The notes: generated by a model not told the origin, from the sequence alone. DNA of 64,000 nucleotides from Candidatus Limnocylindrales bacterium (GCA_035559535.1 DATMBG010000040.1:1-64000); one strand, 5' to 3'. Shown: positions 17,933-29,826, numbered from the stretch's first letter. Made by a program: numbers and translations.

Positions 17933-19360
17933 CTAAGGTATCACCCCGATTCCTTTCCAATACAGTAATGTCAACGGCATCAATACCAGGAGAGTTAAGA
18001 TCGCCAGTGTCAGGGTCATCTTCAGGGTTTGAGCGAAACCCATCCAGCGAAAACTATAAGCCAGAATCAGAGGGGTAGCCTGGTAAGGGAAGAAGGGATT
18101 AGAATAAGCTACACTCATGGAGAAAACGGCGGGTAGGACAGGATGGTTTGTGGTCTGAGCAATTTGAATTAATAAAGGGGTGATAACGGCGGCTTCTGCA
18201 GCCGTATCGGTTAAAAAGGAGAAAACAAAGGTTAGAAGAAAAAAGTAATAGTGAAAGAAAAACCATCCATAATCCCGAAAATTCAGATACCCCTCGATAA
18301 AATGTACAACCTGGTCATTGAGCTGGGTGGCTTGAAGCGTAGCACTTAAACCAAACATGGCTCCAAGGTAGAAAATGATGGGATAGTTAATCTGATGAAT
18401 CGTTTTGAACTCGAAGACTCCCCATTTTGGAAGAAAGTAAAGTAAGGCTACCAACAGGGCAATATAGGTCGGATGCAAATGGTGCCAGAAATCCAATACC
18501 CACAGGAGAACGGCCAGTCCCAGTAGAACCACTACTTTCTTCTCCTGGGTGGAAAGTTTCTTAATGTTTAAAAACTCTGAATTGGGTTGTTTTGGCTTTA
18601 ACGGCGTTTCAGGGACGATATCCTGAAAGGATAGATCTGTTTGAGAGACCGGAAAAAATTTCAAGATCAACAGATAAATTAAAAAAATGCGTCCGATTCC
18701 TAAGACAGGGAACATTACATAAGCCCATTCTCCCCAAGAAATCGTTTGGTTCAGCATATTCTCCACGACACCCAGAACGACTACATTGGGCAAACCTGCT
18801 GTGAGAATGCTATGACCTCCGTAATAGGTGGAAAAAATGAGGGCCGAGACGATGGCCGCCGCCTCATGGGAATGGGGTTTAACTCCCAAAGTTTCTGCCA
18901 GTTTAATAGCCAAAGGCATGAGGATAAGAACCCGAACCGTTGCAGAGGGAATAAAACAGGCAATCAGAAAACCGAGCAGGACCAAACTTAAAATCAACCG
19001 TTTAAATTTAAATCCCGAACGTTGAATGAGTAAAGTGGCCATAGCTTCTCCCAGATGGGTTTGGGTAATTCCCAATCCCAGGATAGAACCGCTCAAAACC
19101 AACCAGGTTGCCCGAGAGGACATACCGGAAAAGGCAATTCCAAAATCTACGGTGTGGGTGATAATCAAGAGAAACAAAACAACGAGACCGGTATACTCGA
19201 TTTCGACAGGTTCTGTCACCCACCAGATAACGGCGAAAAGCGTTATAGCCAGGGCTTGTTTAGCTGGCAGGGAGAGAAAAGGAAGGGGATAAAACCAGAT
19301 AACCAGGAGAACTACAATTCCTGAAAGGCCACCGATTTGTCTGATCCAGGGTTTCGGCAA
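17933..19360 (-). CDS. DASS/SLC13-family di-/tricarboxylate or anion transporter
   Basis: Many TM helices; WWVTEPV, FIPSATVR, LTAGLPNVV, FPYQATP motifs. Confidence 0.85.
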   Translation of the reverse strand: MPKPWIRQIGGLSGIVVLLVIWFYPLPFLSLPAKQALAITLFAVIWWVTEPVEIEYTGLVVLFLLIITHTVDFGIAFSGMSSRATWLVLSGSILGLGITQTHLGEAMATLLIQRSGFKFKRLILSLVLLGFLIACFIPSATVRVLILMPLAIKLAETLGVKPHSHEAAAIVSALIFSTYYGGHSILTAGLPNVVVLGVVENMLNQTISWGEWAYVMFPVLGIGRIFLIYLLILKFFPVSQTDLSFQDIVPETPLKPKQPNSEFLNIKKLSTQEKKVVVLLGLAVLLWVLDFWHHLHPTYIALLVALLYFLPKWGVFEFKTIHQINYPIIFYLGAMFGLSATLQATQLNDQVVHFIEGYLNFRDYGWFFFHYYFFLLTFVFSFLTDTAAEAAVITPLLIQIAQTTNHPVLPAVFSMSVAYSNPFFPYQATPLILAYSFRWMGFAQTLKMTLTLAILTLLVLMPLTLLYWKGIGVIP

Positions 19361-19377
19361 AAGATAATACAGTCAGT

Positions 19378-19405
19378 GTAGGGACGCAAGGAATTGCGTC
19401 TCTAC
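19378..19405. repeat. GTAG-type REP palindrome
   Basis: gtagggacgcaaggaattgcgtctctac. Confidence 0.8.
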
Positions 19406-19416
19406 CAGGCGACGAA

Positions 19417-19433
19417 TGAAGCAACCCGCTTCA
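19417..19433 (-). promoter_or_regulatory. Candidate bacterial SECIS hairpin 3' of the FmdB UGA
   Basis: UGA + 12 nt + UGAAGC-GGGUU-GCUUCA; G-rich apical loop begins 18 nt after the UGA. Confidence 0.5.
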
Positions 19434-19445
19434 CGATGAAGAAGC

Positions 19446-19652
19446 TCAGCGAAAACGTGAAGTGGAGCTGCAATTATTACCTGTCGTGGAGGACCCGGTT
19501 GTTGAGTGGGACATGGCAAAAGCCGAGAATTGCTTGACAGGTTTAGGAGCTCCACAACTGGGGCAGACCAAATTTTCATTTCCTGCACCCACACGCTGGA
19601 AGACTTCAAAGCGTTCTTCACAACGGGTACATTTGTATTCGTAAATCGGCAT
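19446..19652 (-). CDS. FmdB-family zinc-ribbon protein (CxxC...CxxC, Ser-rich tail); possible UGA(Sec) extension to 19431
   Basis: Start moved to ATG 19652 (RBS AGGAGG): MPIYEYKCTRC...CPSCG...FSAFA...NCSSTSRFR-UGA. Confidence 0.88.
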   Translation of the reverse strand: MPIYEYKCTRCEERFEVFQRVGAGNENLVCPSCGAPKPVKQFSAFAMSHSTTGSSTTGNNCSSTSRFR

Positions 19653-19957
19653 AGTTAATCCTCCTGGGAGATTCATAAAGCTTCTAGAAGCTGTAATAAA
19701 TATAATTGCATCCCCCGGGATGTGCAAGGGTTAAAGGGAAAGTCAGAAGTTATAACCGGCTCAAACGGTAAATTTTTGTATTGCATGATTTTTACCTGAT
19801 TTGTATCTTTGACGCAAAGATCTTTTTCACCCGGGGATCTGCAATCCTAAAAACCCTTAAACTTCGGAGAGGTGTCCCTGTTAAGGAGATTTGGAACAGG
19901 TCACTTCTCAGGTATTATAAAGAATAACAAAATAACCAATGAAAGGAGGAAAGGAGT

Positions 19958-20386
19958 ATGGCGGCCATAACCCCCTATGCAACCAATCACGAGGGACTTG
20001 GAGAATTAGACTCCCGTTTGGTAGAGGTCAACAGTTTGCCCTGGATACCCACCCGATATAGAGGAATAGAAATGAAGATCCTGCTTGAAGACAAGGAAAC
20101 GGGTATGATTACGGCACTGTTTCGATGGCAGCCGAATTCCAGGTTACCACTCCATGAGCATACCGAAATTGAGCAGACCTATGTCTTGGAAGGCAGTATT
20201 GAGGATGAAGCCGGAGAAGTCACTGCAGGTAATTATATCTGGCGTCCGGCCGGGAGCCGACATGAAGCCCGATCCCGAAATGGCGCCCTGATCCTCAGTT
20301 TCTTCCTTCGCCCGAATAAGTTTTTTGATGACGGTGACGGCTGGCTTTCCAACGGAGATATGGGAGAAAATACTAAAGTTCATTAA
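19958..20386 (+). CDS. ChrR-like cupin domain protein
   Basis: LPLHEHTEIEQTYVLEGS, WRPAGSRHEA; strong RBS. Confidence 0.85.
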   Translation: MAAITPYATNHEGLGELDSRLVEVNSLPWIPTRYRGIEMKILLEDKETGMITALFRWQPNSRLPLHEHTEIEQTYVLEGSIEDEAGEVTAGNYIWRPAGSRHEARSRNGALILSFFLRPNKFFDDGDGWLSNGDMGENTKVH

Positions 20387-20502
20387 AATTCAAGCAACAC
20401 TTTCCTGATAAGTCCTTAGAATCTATCGAGTACTTGCAACCGCAGAGCATGTACAGGTCTGGGATATTCTGCGGTTAAATTTTTACCTAAAAGGAGGTCG
20501 AG

Positions 20503-21576
20503 ATGAAAACTTATAGAATTGGAGTTATTCCCGGGGATGGGATAGGAAAAGAAGTTATACCGGAAGGTAAAAAGGTTCTGGAAGCGGTTGGGAAGCGGTT
20601 TGGTCTTAAGTTCGAGTTTACAGATTTTCCCTGGGGAACCGAGTACTATCTCTCTACAGGAAAGATGATGCCGGAAGATGGACTGGATACGCTTAAATCC
20701 TTCGAAGCTATTTTATTTGGAGCCGTGGGAGATCCCAAGGTTCCGGATCATATTACCTTACACGGATTAATTTTACCTATCCGGCGTGGGTTTGATCAAT
20801 ACGCCTGTGAACGCCCATCCTATCTCTATGCCGGGGTTCCCTGTCCCCTTGTCGGTAAGAAGCCCGGGGAGATCGACCTCATTGTTATTCGGGAAAACAC
20901 GGAAGGAGAATATGCCCCTATTGGAGGGCATGTTTATTTAGGAACTCCAGAAGAGGTCGCGGTTCAAACGGCTGTTTTCACACGGAGAGGGTGTGAGCGG
21001 GTGATTCGTTATGCCTTTGAGCTGGCACGGAAACGAAATAAGAAAAAGCTGGTTACCTCGGTCACCAAATCCAACGCCCAGGGATTTGGTATGGTACTTT
21101 GGGATCGAACCTTCAGAGAAGTTGCCCGATCTTACCCGGATATTCAAACAGAGTCCCTTCTGGTCGATGCCGCCTGCATGGACTTTGTTCGCCGCCCCGA
21201 ACATTTTGATGTGGTCGTGGCCTCAAATCTTTTTGGAGATATTTTAACAGATATCGGCGCCATTATCAGCGGAAGTATGGGTTTAGCACCCAGTGCAAAT
21301 CTGAATCCGGAACGGCGATTTCCCTCTATGTTTGAGCCGGTTCATGGATCAGCACCGGATATTTATGGAAAAGGAATTGCCAACCCCTTAGCCACCATTC
21401 TATCAGCCAGAATGATGCTGGACTTTCTCGGCGAGGGAGAAGCCGCCCAGGTGGTCGAAAGCGCTGTACGAAAGATCCTGGCCGAGGAAAAGATTCGAAC
21501 GCCGGATTTGGGTGGAAAGGCAACAACGAAAGAAGTTGGAGATGCTGTGGTTGAATTGATCTCTCAAACTCCATAA
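20503..21576 (+). CDS. Tartrate / D-malate dehydrogenase (beta-decarboxylating dehydrogenase family)
   Basis: IPGDGIGKEV, VPDHITLHGL, RRGFDQY, RENTEGEY, TKSNAQ, SNLFGDILTD, FEPVHGSAPDI. Confidence 0.85.
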   Translation: MKTYRIGVIPGDGIGKEVIPEGKKVLEAVGKRFGLKFEFTDFPWGTEYYLSTGKMMPEDGLDTLKSFEAILFGAVGDPKVPDHITLHGLILPIRRGFDQYACERPSYLYAGVPCPLVGKKPGEIDLIVIRENTEGEYAPIGGHVYLGTPEEVAVQTAVFTRRGCERVIRYAFELARKRNKKKLVTSVTKSNAQGFGMVLWDRTFREVARSYPDIQTESLLVDAACMDFVRRPEHFDVVVASNLFGDILTDIGAIISGSMGLAPSANLNPERRFPSMFEPVHGSAPDIYGKGIANPLATILSARMMLDFLGEGEAAQVVESAVRKILAEEKIRTPDLGGKATTKEVGDAVVELISQTP

Positions 21577-21585
21577 GAAACCTCT

Positions 21586-21628
21586 GTAGTAACGACTTTA
21601 GTGAATTCTAAACTGGAGTCGTTACTAT
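21586..21628. repeat. GTAG-type REP hairpin, possibly also acting as terminator
   Basis: gtagtaacgactttag...ctggagtcgttactat. Confidence 0.65.
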
Positions 21629-21852
21629 TCGCCCTCTGAAAGAGCCATCTTACCAAACTTTGCTCAACTTGACTTACTCTATAAAAGATTTATATTGATA
21701 AAAATGAGTATAATTTCTGTGATTATGAAGAGATAGAATTTTTATTTGACAGTTCCAAAAAGTGCTATATAAAAACTTTTTGAAGAAAGGAGACCAAAAA
21801 TTTAAAGCTAATCTGGCTTTAATAGCAGATTAAAAATAAACCATTAATCATT

Positions 21853-22977
21853 ATGGATCCAAGTACCAGCAAAACCATTGCAGAGCAAATTTGTAAAAAC
21901 AAATCTGGTGAATTGTCTCAAGTCTTGACCCTTCATAAGGGAGAGAAACATATCATCGCCCTTCAGAATTTTCCTGACCCCGATGCTATCTCTTCAGCGT
22001 TTGCTCACAAACTCATTTGTTTAAAATATGACATTGACGTGGATATCGTTTATGATGGGAAAGTCAGCCATCAACAAAATATCGCTTTGATCAAACTTCT
22101 GGATATAGAGCTCATTCGATACTCAGAAAGCCTGGATCTTACCCAATACCACGGAAGTGCATTCATCGATAATCAAGGAACAACTACCAGTTTAGTAAAA
22201 AAGCTAGAACAGGCGGGAGTAAAACCCCTTATTGTAGTAGACCATCATGAACGACAAAATATCATCCAAAATCCAGAATTTACAGATATTCGAAAAATCG
22301 GAGCAACGGCTACTATTTATACCAACTATATCAAGGATGGACTGCTGGAGTTATCCAAATCCGATCGAGATCACGTAAAGTGTGCCACTGCGCTTATGCA
22401 CGGAATCCGAAGCGAGACTTCGGAATTAATTCGGGCTAAGGAAGAAGATCTCATGGCAGCGGCATTCCTGAGTAATTACCACGATCCCGGCCTTCTGGGC
22501 GAAATCGTTAATCAATCTCGATCCAAGAAGGTCATGGATATTATCCATAAAGCTTTAGAAAATAGGGTCATTAAGGATAACTTCAGTATTTCCGGCATCG
22601 GTTATCTTCGGGCAGAAGATCGAGACGCCATTCCTCAAGCAGCAGACTTCCTGGCAACGGAGGAAAACGTCCACACGGCTATTGTATACGGAATTATAGT
22701 AACCGACAAAAACGAGGAACTCCTGAGCGGTTCGTTTCGTACCTCCAAATTAACCATAGATCCGGATGAATTCATCAAGGATACTTTTGGAAAGAATGAA
22801 ATTGGAAAGTATTTTGGAGGTGGAAGGCAAGAAGCCGGAGGCTTTGAGATACCCATAGGATTTCTTTCCGGTTCTTCCGGCAAAGAATATGATGCCTTGA
22901 AATGGCAGGTTTACGATCTTCAGGTCAAGCAGAAGCTTTTTAATAAGATTGGGATTACGGAAAAAGGCAAGGATTAG
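21853..22977 (+). CDS. DHH-family phosphoesterase (NrnA-like)
   Basis: FPDPDAISSA, IDNQG, VVDHHE, GATATI, GGGRQEAGG. Confidence 0.88.
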   Translation: MDPSTSKTIAEQICKNKSGELSQVLTLHKGEKHIIALQNFPDPDAISSAFAHKLICLKYDIDVDIVYDGKVSHQQNIALIKLLDIELIRYSESLDLTQYHGSAFIDNQGTTTSLVKKLEQAGVKPLIVVDHHERQNIIQNPEFTDIRKIGATATIYTNYIKDGLLELSKSDRDHVKCATALMHGIRSETSELIRAKEEDLMAAAFLSNYHDPGLLGEIVNQSRSKKVMDIIHKALENRVIKDNFSISGIGYLRAEDRDAIPQAADFLATEENVHTAIVYGIIVTDKNEELLSGSFRTSKLTIDPDEFIKDTFGKNEIGKYFGGGRQEAGGFEIPIGFLSGSSGKEYDALKWQVYDLQVKQKLFNKIGITEKGKD

Positions 22978-23034
22978 AGGTAGGAAAGAAAGTGTGGGAG
23001 TATGGAGGTACCCTCCCACACTCCCATACTTCCC
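22978..23034. repeat. Octamer-type inverted repeat between convergent genes (possible bidirectional terminator)
   Basis: gtgtgggagtatggagg...cctcccacactcccatac. Confidence 0.7.
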
Positions 23035-24609
<1,575 letters not shown>

Positions 24610-24655
24610 TTAATAAAAAATGTAAACCTTCTTTTCTATTCTTCCAATTGTACTA

Positions 24656-24677
24656 TCAAACGAGACGTTTGACCTAC
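24656..24677 (-). repeat. GTAG-type REP, same family as 12909
   Basis: gtaggtcaaacgtctcgtttga. Confidence 0.8.
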
Positions 24678-24891
24678 GTCATTTAAACCGGCATAAATTC
24701 TGCAAAAATGTCTCCTTGACCGTATCGATAACGAATCTTAAAATTCCAGGCTTCCTGAGTCAGAAAGTTTGAAAGTTAAAGAATTTCTCAGCACCCCAGA
24801 ACCTGTTACCTTATAAAGAATCTCTTGCATGGATACCTATCAAAGTTAATTTACAAAACGATAAGATTTCAGATATCTGCTGTCAAGGGAA

Positions 24892-27303
24892 ATGAGATAC
24901 TGGCCTTTACTAAGAAAACGCTTAGAAATGCATCCTTTTAGAAAAACATCCCCTTTCTACTTTGGTAAAGTTCTCAGAAACGAGTATCTTATTGTGGCTT
25001 TTCTTCTTAGCTGGATTCTCAGTCTGTTTTTCTGGCGGTCTATTTTTTTAGGAGAGAGCTTCATCAATAACAAGCTTTCTATAACCGATCCGATTTATAA
25101 AGAACTTAACATTCAGGTTAATCCTGACCTCTTTTTTCATCCGGATCCAACCTATGTTCTTCAGGATCGCCCTTTTCTTCTGTTTAGTGCCAAAACGATC
25201 GCTTCCGGTTATCTTCCGCTCTGGAACCCTTACCATGAAGGTGGAACCCCCTTTTTGGCCAACTTTCTATCCTCCCCACTGTTTCCCCTCAAGGGAATTT
25301 TATACCTCTTTTCGCCTTTATCCGTTTACCCCTATTACCTGATTCTCTGTTTATGGATGGCAGGATTTTTTGCATACATTTTTTCCCGTTTAATAGGGCT
25401 TAGTGGATATGGAGCCTTCTTTGTGGCGGCTACCTACATGCTTTCAGGCTACCTTATCAGCCATCTTCAATGGAATATTCTGGCGAGCCTAGCCGCCCTT
25501 GTACCGGTGGTCTTCATAACTTTTCAACGGGCTTTCCTTCAAAAGAATCTCAATTCTATCTTACTGGCGGGACTTGCCCTCCATCTTCTGCTTATGACAG
25601 GCAATCCCACTGCGGCCTTTGTAACCGTTCTTTCCGTCTCCCTTTACTTTATTATTTTAATTTTGATCCAGATCCGCCAGGATTCTCAAATAAAAATATG
25701 GATCACCTCCCTCCGAAATCTGGCTCTGATGGGTAGCCTGGGTATTCTTCTAACTGCGGTATTGCTTTTACCTTTCTTTGAACTGCTTCAATATAGTTAT
25801 TCTTATAAAGAAGAACCCAACAACATTATGATAGATTTTAAACGGTTGGGCGCAGATGGGCTGAAAAGTATGGCCAGTCTCTTCCTTCCTCATTATAAAA
25901 GTGTTTGGTTCCTCTCGCCTTTATACCGTTCCAACACCTATGCTTATCAAGGATATTGTGGACTGATTGCCTTAATCCTTGCAGCCTATGCCCTGGTCAT
26001 AAAACCTATTAACTGGCCTCTGGTAGGGATTCTTCTCTTCAACAGTGGCTTTGCGTTTGGAATAGCTCCCATGAGCGCCCTCAACCTGGTTTTCCCTTTT
26101 AATCAAGTCCCTGCAGAATATGGCCTGATCCCTTTTTCCTTTAGCCTTATTGTTCTGGCCGGTGAAGGTTTAGATAAAATCCAGAAGAATTTCAAACCCT
26201 TTCTGTTCTATGGAATTATTTTAGTCCTGTCCTGGATAACCTTTAATTTCTTTGCCGGATTGAGTCGACAAACGAACTGGCTGGATTCCCCCTGGGAAGA
26301 GTGGAGGGTCCTGCAGTTTAGCCTCTTCTTTTTTATCCTCGTTACACTGCTTCAGTATATTTTGAAGCCTCCCTCTCGTCCCATGGCCTTTATCCTCTTA
26401 AGTTGTTGTGATTTGTTTTACAATGGGTATTGGGTTAATCCACCTCAACCTAAATTCCATTATCCGGAAACCTTTCCCATTCAGAAGCTCAAAAGTGATA
26501 AAAGTATTTACCGTATCCTGGGTATGGAAGGCGTCAGTCGCTTAAACACCGGAATGATCCATAACCTTCAGGATCTGCAGTCCTATATGACTCTGATCCT
26601 TCGTCGCCATCGGGAGTTTATGACCCTGGGTGATCCAAAAATATCAACCGGAATTTCCACGGCAACCGAAGTCTACGACTCTCCTTTGTGGGACTTGATG
26701 AATGTCAAATATATCCTTCGCAGAAGTGACAGGCCGATTCCCCTTAACGAAAATTTTCGACTGGTTTACCAAAATCCCTATGTACTGATCTATGAAAACT
26801 TAAAGGCCTTCCCACGGGCTTTCGTGGTCCCCAGGATCCGGGTAGCCGAAAGTAAATCCCAGGCCCTTCAGATTCTCAACGAATCCAAGATGAGTTTACG
26901 TCAGATAGCCGTCATCGAAGCCGAAGAGGACAGGGAAGCTCTGGAAAAAGCAGCTCTTCTGAATGCTTCCTTCAGCCAGGGGGAGGTTTACAACGTTAAG
27001 ATCGATTCTTATCACCTCCACAAAGTCATCTTAACAACCGACTTAAAAATCCCTGGATTCCTGGTATTAAGCGATACCCTTTATCCAGGTTGGAAGGTTC
27101 GGGTAGATGGAAAAGAAGAGAAGATCTACCTAACCGATTATACCATTCGAGGTGTTTTCCTCGATAAAGGAAGCCACTCCGTGGAATTTTATTACCAACC
27201 AACTTCCTTTAAGCTGGGTCTCTATCTGAGCCTGTCTGGATTTTTTTTCACTGCCCTGGGTTTTACCGTTTGTCGGAGGTCTGGAATTCGGAGAGAGGCG
27301 TGA
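24892..27303 (+). CDS. YfhO-family GT-C membrane glycosyltransferase, paralog 1
   Basis: PLWNPYHEGGTPFLAN, YMLSGY, IYENLKAFPRAF, LVLSDTLYPGWKVRVDG, RGVFLDKGSHSVEFYYQP. Confidence 0.85.
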   Translation: MRYWPLLRKRLEMHPFRKTSPFYFGKVLRNEYLIVAFLLSWILSLFFWRSIFLGESFINNKLSITDPIYKELNIQVNPDLFFHPDPTYVLQDRPFLLFSAKTIASGYLPLWNPYHEGGTPFLANFLSSPLFPLKGILYLFSPLSVYPYYLILCLWMAGFFAYIFSRLIGLSGYGAFFVAATYMLSGYLISHLQWNILASLAALVPVVFITFQRAFLQKNLNSILLAGLALHLLLMTGNPTAAFVTVLSVSLYFIILILIQIRQDSQIKIWITSLRNLALMGSLGILLTAVLLLPFFELLQYSYSYKEEPNNIMIDFKRLGADGLKSMASLFLPHYKSVWFLSPLYRSNTYAYQGYCGLIALILAAYALVIKPINWPLVGILLFNSGFAFGIAPMSALNLVFPFNQVPAEYGLIPFSFSLIVLAGEGLDKIQKNFKPFLFYGIILVLSWITFNFFAGLSRQTNWLDSPWEEWRVLQFSLFFFILVTLLQYILKPPSRPMAFILLSCCDLFYNGYWVNPPQPKFHYPETFPIQKLKSDKSIYRILGMEGVSRLNTGMIHNLQDLQSYMTLILRRHREFMTLGDPKISTGISTATEVYDSPLWDLMNVKYILRRSDRPIPLNENFRLVYQNPYVLIYENLKAFPRAFVVPRIRVAESKSQALQILNESKMSLRQIAVIEAEEDREALEKAALLNASFSQGEVYNVKIDSYHLHKVILTTDLKIPGFLVLSDTLYPGWKVRVDGKEEKIYLTDYTIRGVFLDKGSHSVEFYYQPTSFKLGLYLSLSGFFFTALGFTVCRRSGIRREA

Positions 27304-27340
27304 AACGATAGAATAACCCTTGAAAGACAGATCGGGAAAA

Positions 27341-29734
27341 ATGAAATTTCTCAAAAACGAGTACCTTCAGGCGGCTTTTGCAACCGCTGTTTTTCTAAGT
27401 GTTTTTTTCTGGCAACCCCTCTTTCTAGGCCGTTCTATTGTTGATACCCGCATCCACTATACCGATCCCATTTATCAGGAACTGGGCATCCATTCTGACC
27501 ATTATCCTTTTTTCCGTCCAGATCCGTTTTATGCTTTGTTCGACCATCCAGCCCTTATCTACTCATACCAGACCCTTAAGGACGGGCAGATTCCGTTATG
27601 GAACCCTTATAGTGCCGGAGGTATGCCTTTTTTGGCCAACTTTACAGCCTCTTCCCTGTTTCCTCTGAAACTTCCCTTCTATTTTTCTTCTTCACCCATG
27701 AGGGTCTATAATTACTATTTAATTTCCAGGCTTTTTTTCGCGGGATTTTTTACCTATATATTGGCCCGGATGCTGGACGTTGGTCGTTATGGAGCACTTC
27801 TGTCAGGTATCTCTTATATGACGTGTGGATTTTTAATCGCGTATTTCCAGTATAACGTTACTCCACCTGCCTTTATGCCTTTACTCTTTGTGACTCTACA
27901 AAAAGTCCTGACAACGTCAAAGAGTTCCTCGATCTTATTTTTAGGTGCGGTTATAGGCTTAATATTTCTTGCGGAGCATGCCAGTACCTCGATCATTCTA
28001 CTGGCCGGGCTCGGTTTATATTCCCTGGTCTGGATTTTTCAACATGGCACAAAAAGCAGCAGGTCACGGGCAATGGACCATGGTCCCTTATTGGCCCTCC
28101 TCATGGCAGGAATTTTAGGAGTTTCCCTGTCCTTTGTCACCCTCCTTCCTTTTCTAGAATTTCTACAAAACGCCCATACTTATAAGGAAGAAGAGGGACA
28201 TACCTATTTAAGGGATAAAAGATTAGATGAGGATGGATTAAGGAATCTGGCAGGCCTTTTCATCCCCCATTACAAGGCCCCCTGGTTTGCTTCTTCCCCT
28301 TATCTTTCCAGCACCTATGCCTATCAAAGCTACGCGGGATTGGTAACCCTCACTCTGGCTTTATATGCTCTCATCAGCCGAAAGATAAATTGGAGCCTAG
28401 GGGCCGTCCTGGTCCTTGGATGTGGACTGGCCTTTGGTTTGGCTCCCTTCAGCATCCTAAGTTATATCGTCCCCCTGCGTTATACCCTGGCGCAATACGG
28501 GCTTATCCTGGTAGCTTTCCCTTTAGCCCTATTCGGCGGGATGGGATTAGATGCCCTTCTAAGCCAGGAAAGGAAAGCCAGAGGAAGGCTTCAAAAACTT
28601 ATCGGGGTCGTCGGATTTATTGCCATAAATTTTTTTGCTGGATTCTCTCGCCAGGTAAACTGGATAAATAGTCCCTGGTCCGATTGGAAACGACTCCTAT
28701 ATACAGGGGTTATTTTAATTTCAATCTATCTGATTTATCTGGCTTATCTTCGATTTGATTCCGTTAAACCCAAATTTCTGGCGAAAGGTTTAATTCTCCT
28801 GGCAATCCTGGACCTGTTTTACAACGGATATTGGGTTAACTTTCCACAACCCGAATTTCACTTTCCCGAAACGACCCCTATTCGGGTCCTAAAAGAAGAT
28901 CGAGGAATTTATCGTATTCTGAGTATGAACGGAGTTAACCGACTAAACAGTGGACTCGTCCATCAACTCAGCGATATCCAGGTTATCAATCCGATCCTGG
29001 TGTATAGATATTACGAATTTTTAAAGACCGCAGAAGATTCGGCTGGACAACCCTATAGCTTGATTCCCGATTTCTATGACTCTCGATTTTGGGATCTCCT
29101 GAATATGAAATATATCCTGCGAGATTCCGGTAAACCGCTTCCTGCAACAGAAAAATTCCGCCTTATCTATCAAGATCCCCATATGCTTATTTATGAAAAC
29201 TTAAAAGCTTTTCCCCGGGTCTTTCCCGTTCATCAGGTTATCATAACTGAAAATCCGGACCAATCTTTACAGCGACTTAAAGATCCTGCCCTGGATTTAC
29301 GCCATACAGCCATTTTAGAGCTTTCTACCGAAAGTCGTTTAAGGAAGGAAATCGATTCCCTTTCGTCTTTATCCCTGACGTCAAAGGAGGTTGAGAAGAT
29401 TGAATCAACCGCCGAGATTACCCTTTATAGCCCCCATCGAGTAATTATTGAAGCAAACATGAAAGTACCCGGGATTTTAATTCTGGGAGACACCTGGTAT
29501 CCAGGCTGGAAAGTTCGGATAGACAACCGTCCGGATACCCTTTTACCTACCGATTATCTATTCCGGGGGGTTTATTTAAAGGAAGGCCCTCATACCGTAG
29601 AATTTATCTACGACCCTTTATCTTATAAACTAGGACTTTATGTCAGTTTATTTTCCCTCTCTTTATATGCGTTGAGCTGTTTGATCTGTATAATTAACAG
29701 GGTTCGGCCCTATGGATGGGAGTTCTGCCGTTAA
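27341..29734 (+). CDS. YfhO-family GT-C membrane glycosyltransferase, paralog 2
   Basis: PLWNPYSAGGMPFLAN, IYENLKAFPR, GDTWYPGWKV, GPHTVEFIYDP; ATG 27341 preferred as start. Confidence 0.85.
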   Translation: MKFLKNEYLQAAFATAVFLSVFFWQPLFLGRSIVDTRIHYTDPIYQELGIHSDHYPFFRPDPFYALFDHPALIYSYQTLKDGQIPLWNPYSAGGMPFLANFTASSLFPLKLPFYFSSSPMRVYNYYLISRLFFAGFFTYILARMLDVGRYGALLSGISYMTCGFLIAYFQYNVTPPAFMPLLFVTLQKVLTTSKSSSILFLGAVIGLIFLAEHASTSIILLAGLGLYSLVWIFQHGTKSSRSRAMDHGPLLALLMAGILGVSLSFVTLLPFLEFLQNAHTYKEEEGHTYLRDKRLDEDGLRNLAGLFIPHYKAPWFASSPYLSSTYAYQSYAGLVTLTLALYALISRKINWSLGAVLVLGCGLAFGLAPFSILSYIVPLRYTLAQYGLILVAFPLALFGGMGLDALLSQERKARGRLQKLIGVVGFIAINFFAGFSRQVNWINSPWSDWKRLLYTGVILISIYLIYLAYLRFDSVKPKFLAKGLILLAILDLFYNGYWVNFPQPEFHFPETTPIRVLKEDRGIYRILSMNGVNRLNSGLVHQLSDIQVINPILVYRYYEFLKTAEDSAGQPYSLIPDFYDSRFWDLLNMKYILRDSGKPLPATEKFRLIYQDPHMLIYENLKAFPRVFPVHQVIITENPDQSLQRLKDPALDLRHTAILELSTESRLRKEIDSLSSLSLTSKEVEKIESTAEITLYSPHRVIIEANMKVPGILILGDTWYPGWKVRIDNRPDTLLPTDYLFRGVYLKEGPHTVEFIYDPLSYKLGLYVSLFSLSLYALSCLICIINRVRPYGWEFCR

Positions 29735-29826
29735 TGCCAGTTCAAATCCATTTTCTTCCCCGATAAATATTCAGGATCTTCCAGATCATCCCAAAGAAGG
29801 AAGTTTTTAACAGGTTATGTCTCGTT

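Noticed and set aside
19800-19830. gacgcaaag resembling a c-di-GMP-I riboswitch core
   Set aside because: No upstream GGCAAAC/GNRA stem; it is a simple local hairpin.
19862-19915. Glycine-riboswitch-like words (ggagag...aaggag...tctcaggta)
   Set aside because: Lacks the P2 stem and CCGAAG; the segment folds as one simple hairpin.
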